A stretch of 37,563 bases of DNA from a virus. Lineage: Duplodnaviria > Caudoviricetes. The notes under the pieces were generated by a model that did not search any database, was not told where the DNA came from, and saw nothing but the letters and a program-made list of their open reading frames with translations. Of the stretch, positions 7,991 to 17,470 are shown piece by piece (position 1 is the stretch's first letter; each line of letters begins with the position of its first letter). Position numbers and translations under genes: made by a program. Where the stretch lies: positions 1 to 37,563 of the IMG/VR virus record IMGVR_UViG_3300026848_000013, one strand, 5' to 3'.

Positions 7991-8506
7991 ATGTCAGCTT
8001 CAAGTATTGCGAAAGAGATAGTGCAAGAGCGTCGGCGTCAAATTGAGGATGAAGGATACAACGCGGCGCACGATAGCCTTCACGAACCTGATGTCATTGC
8101 AACCGGAGCAGCGTTTTATGCTCTTCCAGAAGAAACCACCGAGTGGGTGAAAATAAAAGGCGTGGACCTTTGGCCGTTTGATGGTCAACCAAAGCGGAAA
8201 GATCGTCGTCGCGATCTGATCCGCGCAGCCAGCATGATCGTGGCAGAAATCGAACAGATAGACCAAGCCAACAACAGAACAGCACTGAAAGCACATGTTG
8301 AGCGCATCGCATATGCGCTTGAACAGGGGCAAACTGCCACGGCAGTTATCGATAACTTGGTGGTTCAATACGACGCCAGCATTGCGTTCGGAAGCGGTAC
8401 TTATTTCTTTCGGCTTGCAGGCGTAAGTGTCACGCGCACGGCTGGAAAGAAAGCCGTACTCACAGGTTGGTGTGAAGCCGCCGAACGGTTGATTGAGGCT
8501 GCTTGA
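7991..8506 (+). CDS. Conserved phage hypothetical protein
   Basis: ERRRQIEDEGY..HD and RRRDLIRAASMIVAEIE motifs; GAGGA RBS. Confidence 0.75.
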   Translation: MSASSIAKEIVQERRRQIEDEGYNAAHDSLHEPDVIATGAAFYALPEETTEWVKIKGVDLWPFDGQPKRKDRRRDLIRAASMIVAEIEQIDQANNRTALKAHVERIAYALEQGQTATAVIDNLVVQYDASIAFGSGTYFFRLAGVSVTRTAGKKAVLTGWCEAAERLIEAA

Positions 8507-8507
8507 A

Positions 8508-8807
8508 ATGCCGCATCATCCGCCACAAACCCCGGATACCCGTCAAGCACTGACCGACCTGTCGGTGCTTGCAGCCGGGTTTGTGCGTGGGTGCCGCAAT
8601 CCCAAGAAACGTCAAGCCGCTTTAGCAATCATCCAGCAGGCGAACCAAGCGTTGAGGACCGGGGATGCTATGCAAAATAGCCCGCAAATTCCCACCGATC
8701 CTGAACAGTTGATTCGCGCCTACCTCGATGCCAACGGAGATTGGCGGTCCCTTGTTGCCGCGATTAACCGCATGGCGCTTGAGGGCGCAACCCGGAGGCA
8801 GCAATGA
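8508..8807 (+). CDS. Hypothetical protein
   Basis: GAGG RBS; tightly packed in operon. Confidence 0.55.
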   Translation: MPHHPPQTPDTRQALTDLSVLAAGFVRGCRNPKKRQAALAIIQQANQALRTGDAMQNSPQIPTDPEQLIRAYLDANGDWRSLVAAINRMALEGATRRQQ

Positions 8808-8923
8808 CCGACAGAACCGAATGCCCGGCCTGTGATGGTGAGGGAATGTGGTGGAGTTTTCCTTGCGATGTGTGCGGCGGCACCGGACACACAAATGAGG
8901 ATAATGAAGACAATGAAGATTGA
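8804..8923 (+). CDS. 39-aa DnaJ-type zinc-finger microprotein (not in ORF track)
   Basis: MTDRTECPACDGEGMWWSFPCDVCGGTGHTNEDNEDNED: two CxxCxGxG repeats; GGAGG RBS; ATGA overlap. Confidence 0.7.
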   Translation: MTDRTECPACDGEGMWWSFPCDVCGGTGHTNEDNEDNED

Positions 8924-9299
8924 TCGCTTTCCCACCGTAGCGCTGAGCATCCGCCAACCGTGGGGACATCACATCCTTTTTGACGGCAAGTCGGTTGAAA
9001 ACCGTTCATGGCCGACCCGTTTCCGTGGATCGTTTCTGATCCATGCAAGTGCGACATTCGATGGTAAAGCCGCTGAACGCCGGGAGTTTATTGCCCATCA
9101 TCCAAACAGCCACTTGGGCGGCATTGTCGGGATGGCAACCATCACAGATTGCGTCACATCGATGGACAGCGAGTGGTTCTTTGGCCCTTACGGCTTTGCC
9201 CTGGTCAACCCGACACCGCTTGAGTTCGTACCCTGCAAGGGGAAGCTAGGCTTCTTCACGCCCGATATCGATTTCAGCCTTCTGAAAGTGAGGGCGTGA
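8913..9299 (+). CDS. ASCH domain protein
   Basis: ALSIRQPW, GKSVENRSW, LIHAS, GGIVG, PCKGKLGFF motifs. Confidence 0.9.
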   Translation: MKIDRFPTVALSIRQPWGHHILFDGKSVENRSWPTRFRGSFLIHASATFDGKAAERREFIAHHPNSHLGGIVGMATITDCVTSMDSEWFFGPYGFALVNPTPLEFVPCKGKLGFFTPDIDFSLLKVRA

Positions 9300-9583
9300 T
9301 GACTTGGGAACAGAAAGCAATATCGATCATTTCGAAGGTGCATAGCAACATTCGGGCGAACGCTTCGTTCGATGAACGCAAAAAAGCTGTCCAAGAGGCC
9401 TATCCGTGGGGGTGTCGAAGTGGCTGGCCGTACAAGGCGTGGCTCAAGGCTCAAAGGCGTTATCTCGCCCGCTATGCGCCGAAAGGTGAGGTTACCAAGA
9501 AACTGCCCCTTACGCCGCTGGAACGCATGATCAAGAAGACAATCCAAGCCGAAAAGTTAGGAAAAACCAATGGCCGAGCATGA
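9299..9583 (+). CDS. Conserved basic phage hypothetical protein
   Basis: AYPWGCRSGWPYKAWL motif; overlapping neighbours. Confidence 0.65.
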   Translation: MTWEQKAISIISKVHSNIRANASFDERKKAVQEAYPWGCRSGWPYKAWLKAQRRYLARYAPKGEVTKKLPLTPLERMIKKTIQAEKLGKTNGRA

Positions 9584-10283
9584 CGATATCCTGCGCAAGA
9601 TCAAATCGTGTCTGGCGATGGCGCAATCAGACAATCCGAACGAGGCCGCAACCGCCTTACGACGCGCCCAGGAACTGATGGAGAAATACGGCGTCACAAG
9701 TGATGACGTTGCGATCAGTGACGTCAATAGCAGTATGGCAGATGCACGGTCGGGCCGGGTGCCACCGGCCCATATCGCCATGCTTGCAAACATGGTCGGT
9801 CGCGCCTTCGGGGTAGAACTGGTCTACAACGCATCTTTTGATGGCAACAAATGGCGGGCCGCTGTCGAGTTTTACGGCTTGAATGCCGCCCCGGAAGTCG
9901 CTGCCTACACCTACGAGGTGCTTGTGAGACAACTCACGAAGGACCGCACAAACTATATCTCGACACTGAACAAGCGCATCAAAAGGACAACCAAGGTGCG
10001 CCGAGGCGATATGTATGCAAAGGGATGGGTTCGTGCTGTCGCCGATAAGGTACCCTCCCATTTCCCGACAGAAGCCGAGACCAAAGCCATCGAAGCCTAC
10101 AAGGCCAAACGGTGGTCAGAAGAATTGGAGACAACCACCGGCAGAGACCTGACCACAAAGGCCCGCAATCATGACTACGGTGCCTTGTCCAAAGGTTTTG
10201 CAGACGGTCGCAAGGTTGATTTCCGGCAGGGAGTTGCAGGCGAACGCCAAGAGGCTTTGGGCTATGGCGGGGGGCAGCAATGA
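9570..10283 (+). CDS. DUF2786 domain protein
   Basis: ILRKIKSCLAMAQSDNPNEAATALRRAQELMEKY. Confidence 0.85.
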   Translation: MAEHDDILRKIKSCLAMAQSDNPNEAATALRRAQELMEKYGVTSDDVAISDVNSSMADARSGRVPPAHIAMLANMVGRAFGVELVYNASFDGNKWRAAVEFYGLNAAPEVAAYTYEVLVRQLTKDRTNYISTLNKRIKRTTKVRRGDMYAKGWVRAVADKVPSHFPTEAETKAIEAYKAKRWSEELETTTGRDLTTKARNHDYGALSKGFADGRKVDFRQGVAGERQEALGYGGGQQ

Positions 10284-10717
10284 AAGCGACGAAATCCCCC
10301 ACATGGCAATCGCTCAACCGTCAAATCCGGGCTGCTGAAAAGCAGCGTGGCATAGACCGCGATGCACATGAGGCCTTGGTGCTTCAAATCACCGGCAAAG
10401 CAAGCCTAGGCGATTGCACAGACGGTGAAATGCGCAAGATCGTCGCGCATCTGAATGGCACTCGTGTTGGGTTCAAGCCATCTGCCAAAGGCTATGTCCG
10501 CAAGATTTGGGCGCTGTGGAGCAGCATCAAGAAAGCCGGGGCACTGACGGCACCCGATACGGACGCGGCCCTTGTCACCTTCGTCAACAAGCATCTGACA
10601 GGTCGCCAGTTTGCCAATGTCCGCCAACTGGACTGGCTGACCTATGACGAGGCCCAACCGATCATTGAAGCCCTGAAAGACTGGTCAAACCGCGTAAAAG
10701 CGAAGGGAGCGCAGTAG
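10280..10717 (+). CDS. gemA: GemA (Mu gp16, DUF1018) family
   Basis: TGKASL, KIWALW, IIEALKDW motifs; directly before Mor-like gene. Confidence 0.85.
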   Translation: MKATKSPTWQSLNRQIRAAEKQRGIDRDAHEALVLQITGKASLGDCTDGEMRKIVAHLNGTRVGFKPSAKGYVRKIWALWSSIKKAGALTAPDTDAALVTFVNKHLTGRQFANVRQLDWLTYDEAQPIIEALKDWSNRVKAKGAQ

Positions 10718-10718
10718 T

Positions 10719-11093
10719 ATGTCCCGTCTGGGATCGACATACGGGATTGACGATGTTGTCGAACTGGTTTCGCAACGCGCTGCAATGCGCCTTGTCGAAG
10801 CCTTCCCTGGCATCGTTGTTTATATCCCCAAACGGGTTCCTGACGGGCATGAGCTGCTGGTGATCGGTGATGACGAAGCGGCTTGTATGTCGCAGCAATT
10901 TGGCGGCTGTCACATCACGGTCCCGATGTCCTATATCAGCCCGCGCAAACGTCGCCTCTTGATTTGTAAGCTGGCTTCCGAGAATATGAGCCGCCGTGAC
11001 ATCGCCCTCCGCGTCGGCTGTTCAGAGCGCCGCGTTTATCAGATACTTGGCGAAAACCGCCAGAAAGATGAACGGCAACCCTCGCTTTTCTAA
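10719..11093 (+). CDS. Mor/C family transcriptional activator
   Basis: FPGIVVYIP, FGGCHITVP, C-terminal HTH IALRVGCSERRVYQIL. Confidence 0.85.
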   Translation: MSRLGSTYGIDDVVELVSQRAAMRLVEAFPGIVVYIPKRVPDGHELLVIGDDEAACMSQQFGGCHITVPMSYISPRKRRLLICKLASENMSRRDIALRVGCSERRVYQILGENRQKDERQPSLF

Positions 11094-11112
11094 TGATAAA
11101 TCTCGCCTTTAA

Positions 11113-11130
11113 CTGAAATTTTCAGACTAA
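11113..11130 (+). promoter_or_regulatory. Putative late-activator site, copy 1 (CTGAA-N3-TTCAG)
   Basis: Dyad upstream of the lysis operon, repeated at 17807. Confidence 0.55.
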
Positions 11131-11198
11131 GTTTATTGGCGTAAAACCCGCACCCTCAATGCAATCAACCCGACACCTGTATCTGCATTGAGGCCGTC

Positions 11199-11675
11199 AT
11201 GCCATCCCTTGACCTGAACCAACGTCTTTCAACACATTTCACGCTTCGCGAAGCGGTGAAATCGCAAGTTGCCACCCGTTGGAAAATCGACAACACCCCG
11301 CCGATTGACCTCATTCCGGCAATGGTTCGGGTTGCGGAGCATATCCTCGAACCCACACGCGCACATGTCAAAACCGCGATCATTCCGTCGAGCTTTTACC
11401 GCTGCCCGGCGCTCAATACCGCCGTGGGCAGTGACAACCCGCATAGTCAACACACCAAAGGCAAAGCGGTTGATTTCGAGGTTCCCGGTTTCACCAACTA
11501 TGAAATCGCCAAATGGATCTCCGAGAATCTCGATTTCGATCAGTTGATCCTTGAATGCTATGTGCCGGGCGATCCTTCGTCGGGCTGGGTGCATTGTTCC
11601 TATGCCAGCGTGTCCGAAAACCGCCGTGAAATCCTGCATTACAACGGCAAATTCTATGCACCGGGGCTGTCATGA
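11199..11675 (+). CDS. Endolysin, peptidase M15A family
   Basis: LSTHFTLRE, SFYRCPALNTAVG, SQHTKGKAVDF, FDQLILE, WVHCSY. Confidence 0.9.
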   Translation: MPSLDLNQRLSTHFTLREAVKSQVATRWKIDNTPPIDLIPAMVRVAEHILEPTRAHVKTAIIPSSFYRCPALNTAVGSDNPHSQHTKGKAVDFEVPGFTNYEIAKWISENLDFDQLILECYVPGDPSSGWVHCSYASVSENRREILHYNGKFYAPGLS

Positions 11676-12250
11676 ATTGGTCTGATGTTGGAAATCTACT
11701 GGCCGATGCTGCCCCGCTTGTCGGAACGGCGTTGTTCGGCCCCGCAGGCACAGCAGTCGGTGTTGGTCTTGCTTCCTTGTTCGGCACAGAAGCCAATCCG
11801 GGAAAAGTCGCCCAGGCTATAAAAGCCGATCCTGAGGCGATGCTGAAAATTCAGCAGTTCGAGATCGAGAACCGGACCGAATTGTCAAAGCTCGTCATTC
11901 AAGCCGCTACCGCCGAAATCAAAGCCGTCAATGAAACGATGCGCGTCGAGGCCCAGTCAGATCATTGGTGGGTTTCTGGTTGGCGACCCTACTGGGGATT
12001 TTCAAGCGCGACTGCCTGGACATTTCTTGCTGGTTGCCTTGGTGTCGCAATTCTATCGGGTGACGGTGTGGGGGTTGCCCTTTCTGTTTTCAATGCAGTT
12101 CCGGAAACCTTTTGGTTGATCCCGCTTGCTGTTCTGGGCATCGCGTCCTGGCATCGTGGACAGGAAAAACGCACACGGGCAGAAGGCGGTGCCTGGAACA
12201 ACGCAAACAAACTGGTCACTGGCGTAATCGCCAAAGTCAAAGGGAAATAG
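11672..12250 (+). CDS. Holin (3TM/GTA-type family)
   Basis: VNETMRVEAQS..WWVSGWRPYWG motif, hydrophobic helices; follows endolysin. Confidence 0.8.
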   Translation: MNWSDVGNLLADAAPLVGTALFGPAGTAVGVGLASLFGTEANPGKVAQAIKADPEAMLKIQQFEIENRTELSKLVIQAATAEIKAVNETMRVEAQSDHWWVSGWRPYWGFSSATAWTFLAGCLGVAILSGDGVGVALSVFNAVPETFWLIPLAVLGIASWHRGQEKRTRAEGGAWNNANKLVTGVIAKVKGK

Positions 12251-12251
12251 A

Positions 12252-12473
12252 ATGGTCGATGATGTGAGCTACCAGCTTGGCGAGATTAAGGGTCTGCTGC
12301 ATGGCATCAGCAAGAATGTCAGCGACCTTTCAGACAAGGTTGATGGCATGGACGGACGCCTGCGGAATGTCGAAAAGAAAGCCGCGATCAACGGTGCAAT
12401 TTCGGGCGGGATCATCAGCGCGAGCTTCGCCGGTGTCATTGCCGCCGTGAAGGCCAGCACCGGGAGTGTTTAA
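12252..12473 (+). CDS. Small coiled-coil membrane-anchored protein
   Basis: Heptad segment then C-terminal hydrophobic helix; end of lysis cassette. Confidence 0.65.
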   Translation: MVDDVSYQLGEIKGLLHGISKNVSDLSDKVDGMDGRLRNVEKKAAINGAISGGIISASFAGVIAAVKASTGSV

Positions 12474-12974
12474 ATGGCGCACAGCGCGGAAACCAAATCA
12501 CGGGCGCGTGCGCTTTATGTTTTTGACCGGCTTGACCTGACCAAAGTTTCAGAACGGGTTGGCGTTTCTATCGGCACGGTTCGCCGCTGGAAAACACTGG
12601 CCGAAACCCAGGGCGATGATTGGGATAAATCCAGAACGGCGGCAAGCATGGCATCGACCGGCACCGACGATATGGTCGCCCTCCTGATCGAGGACTATGT
12701 GCAACTGCATTTGTCCGTCATCGAGGACCTGAAAAAGGACGGTGCAATTCGTCCTCTTCAAAAGGCCGAAGCATTGGCCGGGTTGGCCGATGCCTTCAAC
12801 AAAACGATCAATGCCGCAGGTCGGGCTTCACCGAAAATCTCTGAACTTGCCGTCGCCCAGGATGTGATCAAGCGCCTTGGAGATCACGTTGCGGCCAAGT
12901 TCCCGCAACATGGAGAGGCCTTTATCGAGATCCTCGAACCGTTCGGCAAAGAGGTGCTTGCAGCTTATGGCTAG
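12474..12974 (+). CDS. Small terminase-like protein (DUF1804, Mu gp27 position)
   Basis: GVSIGTVRRWK..GDDWDK; ILEPFG; precedes large terminase. Confidence 0.85.
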   Translation: MAHSAETKSRARALYVFDRLDLTKVSERVGVSIGTVRRWKTLAETQGDDWDKSRTAASMASTGTDDMVALLIEDYVQLHLSVIEDLKKDGAIRPLQKAEALAGLADAFNKTINAAGRASPKISELAVAQDVIKRLGDHVAAKFPQHGEAFIEILEPFGKEVLAAYG

Positions 12975-14682
12975 ACTTGAACGCCTGACCCCGAAGCAGT
13001 TTGAAAAATCCCTTGCGGAATACCGCGAGGGGTTTGTGCGTAACCTTGAGGCGCGTTGTTCGGGCTTTGATCCGGATGAAAAGGCGTCAAAGAAGCGTCG
13101 TGACAAAGGCCGCAAGGACTTCGAGTTTTTCGCCCGCACCTATTTCCCGCATTACATTCGCGGCAAGAAGGACCCGAAGACCGGCAAAGAAAAGCCGATC
13201 AATCTGTCAAACCTGCATCGGTATTTCTGCGAGCATTTCCCGGCCCTGATCGAAAACCCGGAAAGTGTGAACGAGGTGATCGCCGCCCCGCGTGGCGAGG
13301 CCAAATCGACCTATGCCCTGATTTTTCTGGTCTATTGCACCGTCTACGAGCTCAAGCATTACATGATCTACATCATGGATGTGTTTGACCAGGCATCGGT
13401 TGTGATCGAGGCTTTCAAAGTCGAACTGGAAAGCAATCCACGTCTTGGGAACGATTTTCCCGAAGCCACCGGCAAGGGCCCGGTCTGGCAGGATGGCGTT
13501 TGCGTTACCAGGAACAATATCAAGCTCCATGCACGCGGTGCGGGTCAGCGTATTCGAGGCCTTAAGCACGGGGCGCGTCGCCCTGATCTTGTTGTCCTGG
13601 ACGATATCGAGAACGACGAAAACGTAAGAACCCCGAAGCAGCGCGACAAGTTGGAAAGCTGGATCGATACAGGCGTTGCCAACCTTGGCGAAGCCGGGGA
13701 AAAATTTGACGTTCTCGATATCGGGACCGTCCTTCACTATGATTCGGTTCTGGTGCGCAAGCTCAACAATCCGATGTGGCAAAGCATCAAGTTCCAGTCG
13801 ATCCTGAAATGGCCGGATCGTATGGACCTGTGGGACGAATGGGAAGAAATCCTGCGCAACCAGTCCTTTGATGATGCCCGCGCATTCTATGCAAAAAACC
13901 TTGCCGAAATGGAACAGGGCGCGGTTGTAAGCTGGCCGGAAAAACGTCCGCTTCTGTATCTGATGGAATTGCGTGCGCGGATCGGACACAAGGCATTCAG
14001 TTCGGAACAGCAAAACGAGGCGATTGACGAAAACGCTTCGTTCCAGGCGTTTACCTATTGGGTCCAGTTCGCCCCGGATTGGGTTTATTTTGGGGCGTGC
14101 GACCCGTCTCTTGGCAAAAAAGGCAATGGCCGCGATCCGTCTGCCATCCTTGTTGGCGGTTTTGACCGCCGTGCAGGCGAGCTGTCCGTTGTCGAGGCAT
14201 CAATCCGCAAGCGGGTTCCCAAGGTTATCATCAGCAATGTGATAGAGCTGCAAATGCAATATCGTTGTGTCGCTTGGGGCGTTGAGACTGTCCAGTTTCA
14301 GGAATTCTTGCGCACCCAGTTGATTGACGAAGCGATCCGGCAGCATGTGCCGCTTAATGGTGTTCCGATTTCGCAAAACACCGATAAAGACCTGCGTATT
14401 GAAAGCCTTCAGGTGCCGATTGCGGATGGCCGGATCAAACTGCATCCGAGCCAGCGTACCCTGATTTCGCAGCTGGAACAGTGGCCAAACGCTGATCATG
14501 ACGATGGTCCTGATTGTCTGGAAATGCTCTGGAATTTGGCAATCACCTATGGCGCACCGCTTGACATCCGAACAGGTGGCCAGCGGGCCGCGATGAGTGC
14601 CTACGGGCAACATCGCAGCACGATTTCAGTAGATGGAAACTATGGCGCGGCAAGCGGCGCTTTGAACTGGCGAGGCTATTAG
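12967..14682 (+). CDS. Terminase large subunit
   Basis: APRGEAKST Walker A, RPDLVVLDDIE Walker B, CDPS and HDDGPD nuclease motifs. Confidence 0.95.
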   Translation: MARLERLTPKQFEKSLAEYREGFVRNLEARCSGFDPDEKASKKRRDKGRKDFEFFARTYFPHYIRGKKDPKTGKEKPINLSNLHRYFCEHFPALIENPESVNEVIAAPRGEAKSTYALIFLVYCTVYELKHYMIYIMDVFDQASVVIEAFKVELESNPRLGNDFPEATGKGPVWQDGVCVTRNNIKLHARGAGQRIRGLKHGARRPDLVVLDDIENDENVRTPKQRDKLESWIDTGVANLGEAGEKFDVLDIGTVLHYDSVLVRKLNNPMWQSIKFQSILKWPDRMDLWDEWEEILRNQSFDDARAFYAKNLAEMEQGAVVSWPEKRPLLYLMELRARIGHKAFSSEQQNEAIDENASFQAFTYWVQFAPDWVYFGACDPSLGKKGNGRDPSAILVGGFDRRAGELSVVEASIRKRVPKVIISNVIELQMQYRCVAWGVETVQFQEFLRTQLIDEAIRQHVPLNGVPISQNTDKDLRIESLQVPIADGRIKLHPSQRTLISQLEQWPNADHDDGPDCLEMLWNLAITYGAPLDIRTGGQRAAMSAYGQHRSTISVDGNYGAASGALNWRGY

Positions 14683-14685
14683 GTC

Positions 14686-16161
14686 ATGGCACGGAAAAAC
14701 AGAAAGACGAACAAACAGGCCAAGATCGAAAAGCCGGTGGTCACAGAGGTTGCCGGTGTCAAAAGTGATCTGGAACTTGCGAAACTGGTCAACGAGATCA
14801 CCACACCGAATGACACGGTGCTTAAAAGCATCGGCAACCGCTATGACGAATACAAGGCACTTTTGCGCGATGATCAGGTCAAGGCAGCATTCGGTCAGCG
14901 TTTGGACGCGATGGTGGCCAAGGAAATCATTGTTGATCCGGGCGGACCTTCCGCCCAGGACAAGAAAGCCGCCAAGTTCATCAAAGAGCAACTCGAAGGC
15001 ATCAATTTCGACGCGGCCTGTCGCAAGATGGCTTATGCGCAGTTCTATGGCTACACGGTTGCCGAGATGCTTTGGGCGTTTGACGGTGCCCAGGTTGTCG
15101 TCGATGCCATCCGGGTTCGCAAGTTTGACCGTTTTCGCTTTGACGGGGCCGGACGCCTGCGCCTGATCACAAAGACCGTGCCCAAAGGCACGATCATGCC
15201 GGATCGCAAGTTCTGGGTCTCGACGGTGGAAACCGACAATGACGATGATCCTTACGGGCTTGGCCTTGCGCACTATCTCTACTGGCCGGTGTATCTTAAG
15301 CGAAACGGAATGCGTTTCTGGGCCGTGGCGCTTGAGAAATTCGGGATGCCTACAGCGGTTGGCAAGCATCATGCAGGGGCTTCTGAGGACGATGTTGCAA
15401 AACTGCTGACCTTGCTGATGTCCATTCATGGCCAGTCGGCCATTACGGTACCGGATGGACAGGAAGTGGAATTGCTTGAGGCGGTGCGCACATCCGGCGG
15501 CGATCACAAGGAATTCGTCAAGTATCTTGATTCGATGATTGCCAAGGTCATCGTTGGCCAGACATCGACCACCGATAGCGGATCATGGCGCGGGACAGCC
15601 AACGTGCATAAGGATGTTCGCGACGAAATTATCAAGGCAGATACCGACCTGCTTTGCGGGACGTTCAATGCTGGGCCGGTTAAATGGCTGACGGAATGGA
15701 ACTTCCCCGGTGCAAAGCCGCCAAAGGTCTGGCGCGTGCTTGATGACGATGAAGACCTTGATAACCGCGTCAATCGCGACAAGGCCATTTATGAAATGGG
15801 CTTTGAACCTGATCTTGACTACATCAACACGACCTATGGCGGCAAATGGAGCAAGCGCAACCAGTCTCCGACCACTTCCAGCTCCACCGAAGACAATCCG
15901 TCCTTTGCCGAAGCAGACAGCGATGCCATTGATCGCGCCGTAGAGAACGGATTGGAAGACTGGCAACCGATGATGGACCCGCTTTTGCAACCCGTCATCG
16001 ATATGATGGAAGAAGCCGCTTCATTCGAGGAAATCCAGAAAAAGTTGCCCGAACTCTACGCCGATATGGACGTTTCGAAAGTCACGGACAAATTACAGAA
16101 ACTCAGCTTCGCCATCGAAGTAGCCACCCGGGCCGGGGCCGAGATCGATGACGGTAATTGA
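14686..16161 (+). CDS. Portal protein (DUF935, Mu gp29)
   Basis: PYGLGL, LEKFGMPTAVGK, IAKVIVGQT motifs. Confidence 0.93.
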   Translation: MARKNRKTNKQAKIEKPVVTEVAGVKSDLELAKLVNEITTPNDTVLKSIGNRYDEYKALLRDDQVKAAFGQRLDAMVAKEIIVDPGGPSAQDKKAAKFIKEQLEGINFDAACRKMAYAQFYGYTVAEMLWAFDGAQVVVDAIRVRKFDRFRFDGAGRLRLITKTVPKGTIMPDRKFWVSTVETDNDDDPYGLGLAHYLYWPVYLKRNGMRFWAVALEKFGMPTAVGKHHAGASEDDVAKLLTLLMSIHGQSAITVPDGQEVELLEAVRTSGGDHKEFVKYLDSMIAKVIVGQTSTTDSGSWRGTANVHKDVRDEIIKADTDLLCGTFNAGPVKWLTEWNFPGAKPPKVWRVLDDDEDLDNRVNRDKAIYEMGFEPDLDYINTTYGGKWSKRNQSPTTSSSTEDNPSFAEADSDAIDRAVENGLEDWQPMMDPLLQPVIDMMEEAASFEEIQKKLPELYADMDVSKVTDKLQKLSFAIEVATRAGAEIDDGN

Positions 16162-17461
16162 GTTCGAAGCGGTTGCCCCCGAAGCCGCGATCAAGTCGTT
16201 CGAACGCAAGGGCCTTGAAATCTCGTTCGACTGGCGGGATGTGGATGCTGATGAACATGCCCGCACCTTCACCGTGGCCAAGGCCATGCGCCTTGATGTT
16301 CTGACCGATATTCGCGGTGCTGTCGATGACGCCTTGCGGAATGGCACAACGCTTGATCAGTTCCGTAAAGACCTGACACCCAAGCTGCAAGCCAAGGGAT
16401 GGTGGGGCAAACAGATCATGTCCGATCCACTGACCGGCGAGGATCGCCTGGTACAGCTTGGATCACCCCACCGCCTGCGCACGATCTTTGATGTCAATCT
16501 GCGGGCATCCTATGCAGCGGGAAAGTGGAAACGCGCCAAGGACACAGCCCGACGTGTTCAGGATCAAAGCGGGCAGAAGGTCTATCTGCGTTATGTGGCC
16601 GTCAAGGATGACCGCACACGCCCCAGTCACCTCAATTGGCACGGCACGATCCTGCCCATAGATCATCCATTCTGGGATACACATTACCCGCCCAATGGTT
16701 GGGGGTGCCGTTGCTCCATCCAGATTTTGACCGAACGGCAACTCAAGCGTCTGGGATATGAGGTTTCACCCGATCCCGATATTGAAACCCGCGAGTGGTA
16801 CAACGCCCGCACCGGCGAAATTGAAACCGTGCCCACCGGGGTTGATCCGGGTTGGGGGCACAATGTCGGCAAATCGGCAACCCGCGCAGAGGCGGGCCGG
16901 ATATTTGCTGACAAACTGCGGACAGCTCCGCCCGATATTGCTGCCCTGGCATTGAAGTCCGACCCCGACGTGGTGGCCGAAATCCAGAACAGCTACGGCC
17001 TGTTCTTTGACGATGTAATTGCAACGGGCAAGGCACGCGGTGAACGGCGCGTGATCGGGGCCTTCACCCCGCGCACGGTCGAAAAACTATCCGACTTTGA
17101 CAGTTACCCGCAAAATGCCGCGATTACGATTGGCGACCGGGAAATTCTGCATTTGCTGCGCGATGCCAAGAAAGCCCGTAATCAGGCGTTACCGGAATCC
17201 TTTGTTCGCGATCTGCCGACCGAACTGTCCACTGCCAGGGCGGTGTTGTTTGACACGCAGGAACCGACCTTGCTGTATGTCTTTGATGTTGCCGATGACA
17301 AACTGGCCAAGCTGGTCGTGCGGATCGATTTCAAAACCAAGATGCGTGACAGCACCGGCAAGCGCATCGATGTCCAGACCAACACAGCCCGAACGGCAAG
17401 CCTCGTTCAGCCGGGCAATATCAAAGCCAAACGTTACAAGCTGCTCGATGGGGAACTATAA
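16148..17461 (+). CDS. MuF-family minor head protein with ~190-aa C-terminal extension
   Basis: RLRTIFDVN, DDRTRPSH, HPFWDTHYPPNGWGCRC, GVDPGWGHNVG, then an extra domain. Confidence 0.9.
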   Translation: MTVIEFEAVAPEAAIKSFERKGLEISFDWRDVDADEHARTFTVAKAMRLDVLTDIRGAVDDALRNGTTLDQFRKDLTPKLQAKGWWGKQIMSDPLTGEDRLVQLGSPHRLRTIFDVNLRASYAAGKWKRAKDTARRVQDQSGQKVYLRYVAVKDDRTRPSHLNWHGTILPIDHPFWDTHYPPNGWGCRCSIQILTERQLKRLGYEVSPDPDIETREWYNARTGEIETVPTGVDPGWGHNVGKSATRAEAGRIFADKLRTAPPDIAALALKSDPDVVAEIQNSYGLFFDDVIATGKARGERRVIGAFTPRTVEKLSDFDSYPQNAAITIGDREILHLLRDAKKARNQALPESFVRDLPTELSTARAVLFDTQEPTLLYVFDVADDKLAKLVVRIDFKTKMRDSTGKRIDVQTNTARTASLVQPGNIKAKRYKLLDGEL

Positions 17462-17470
17462 AAGGAAAAA

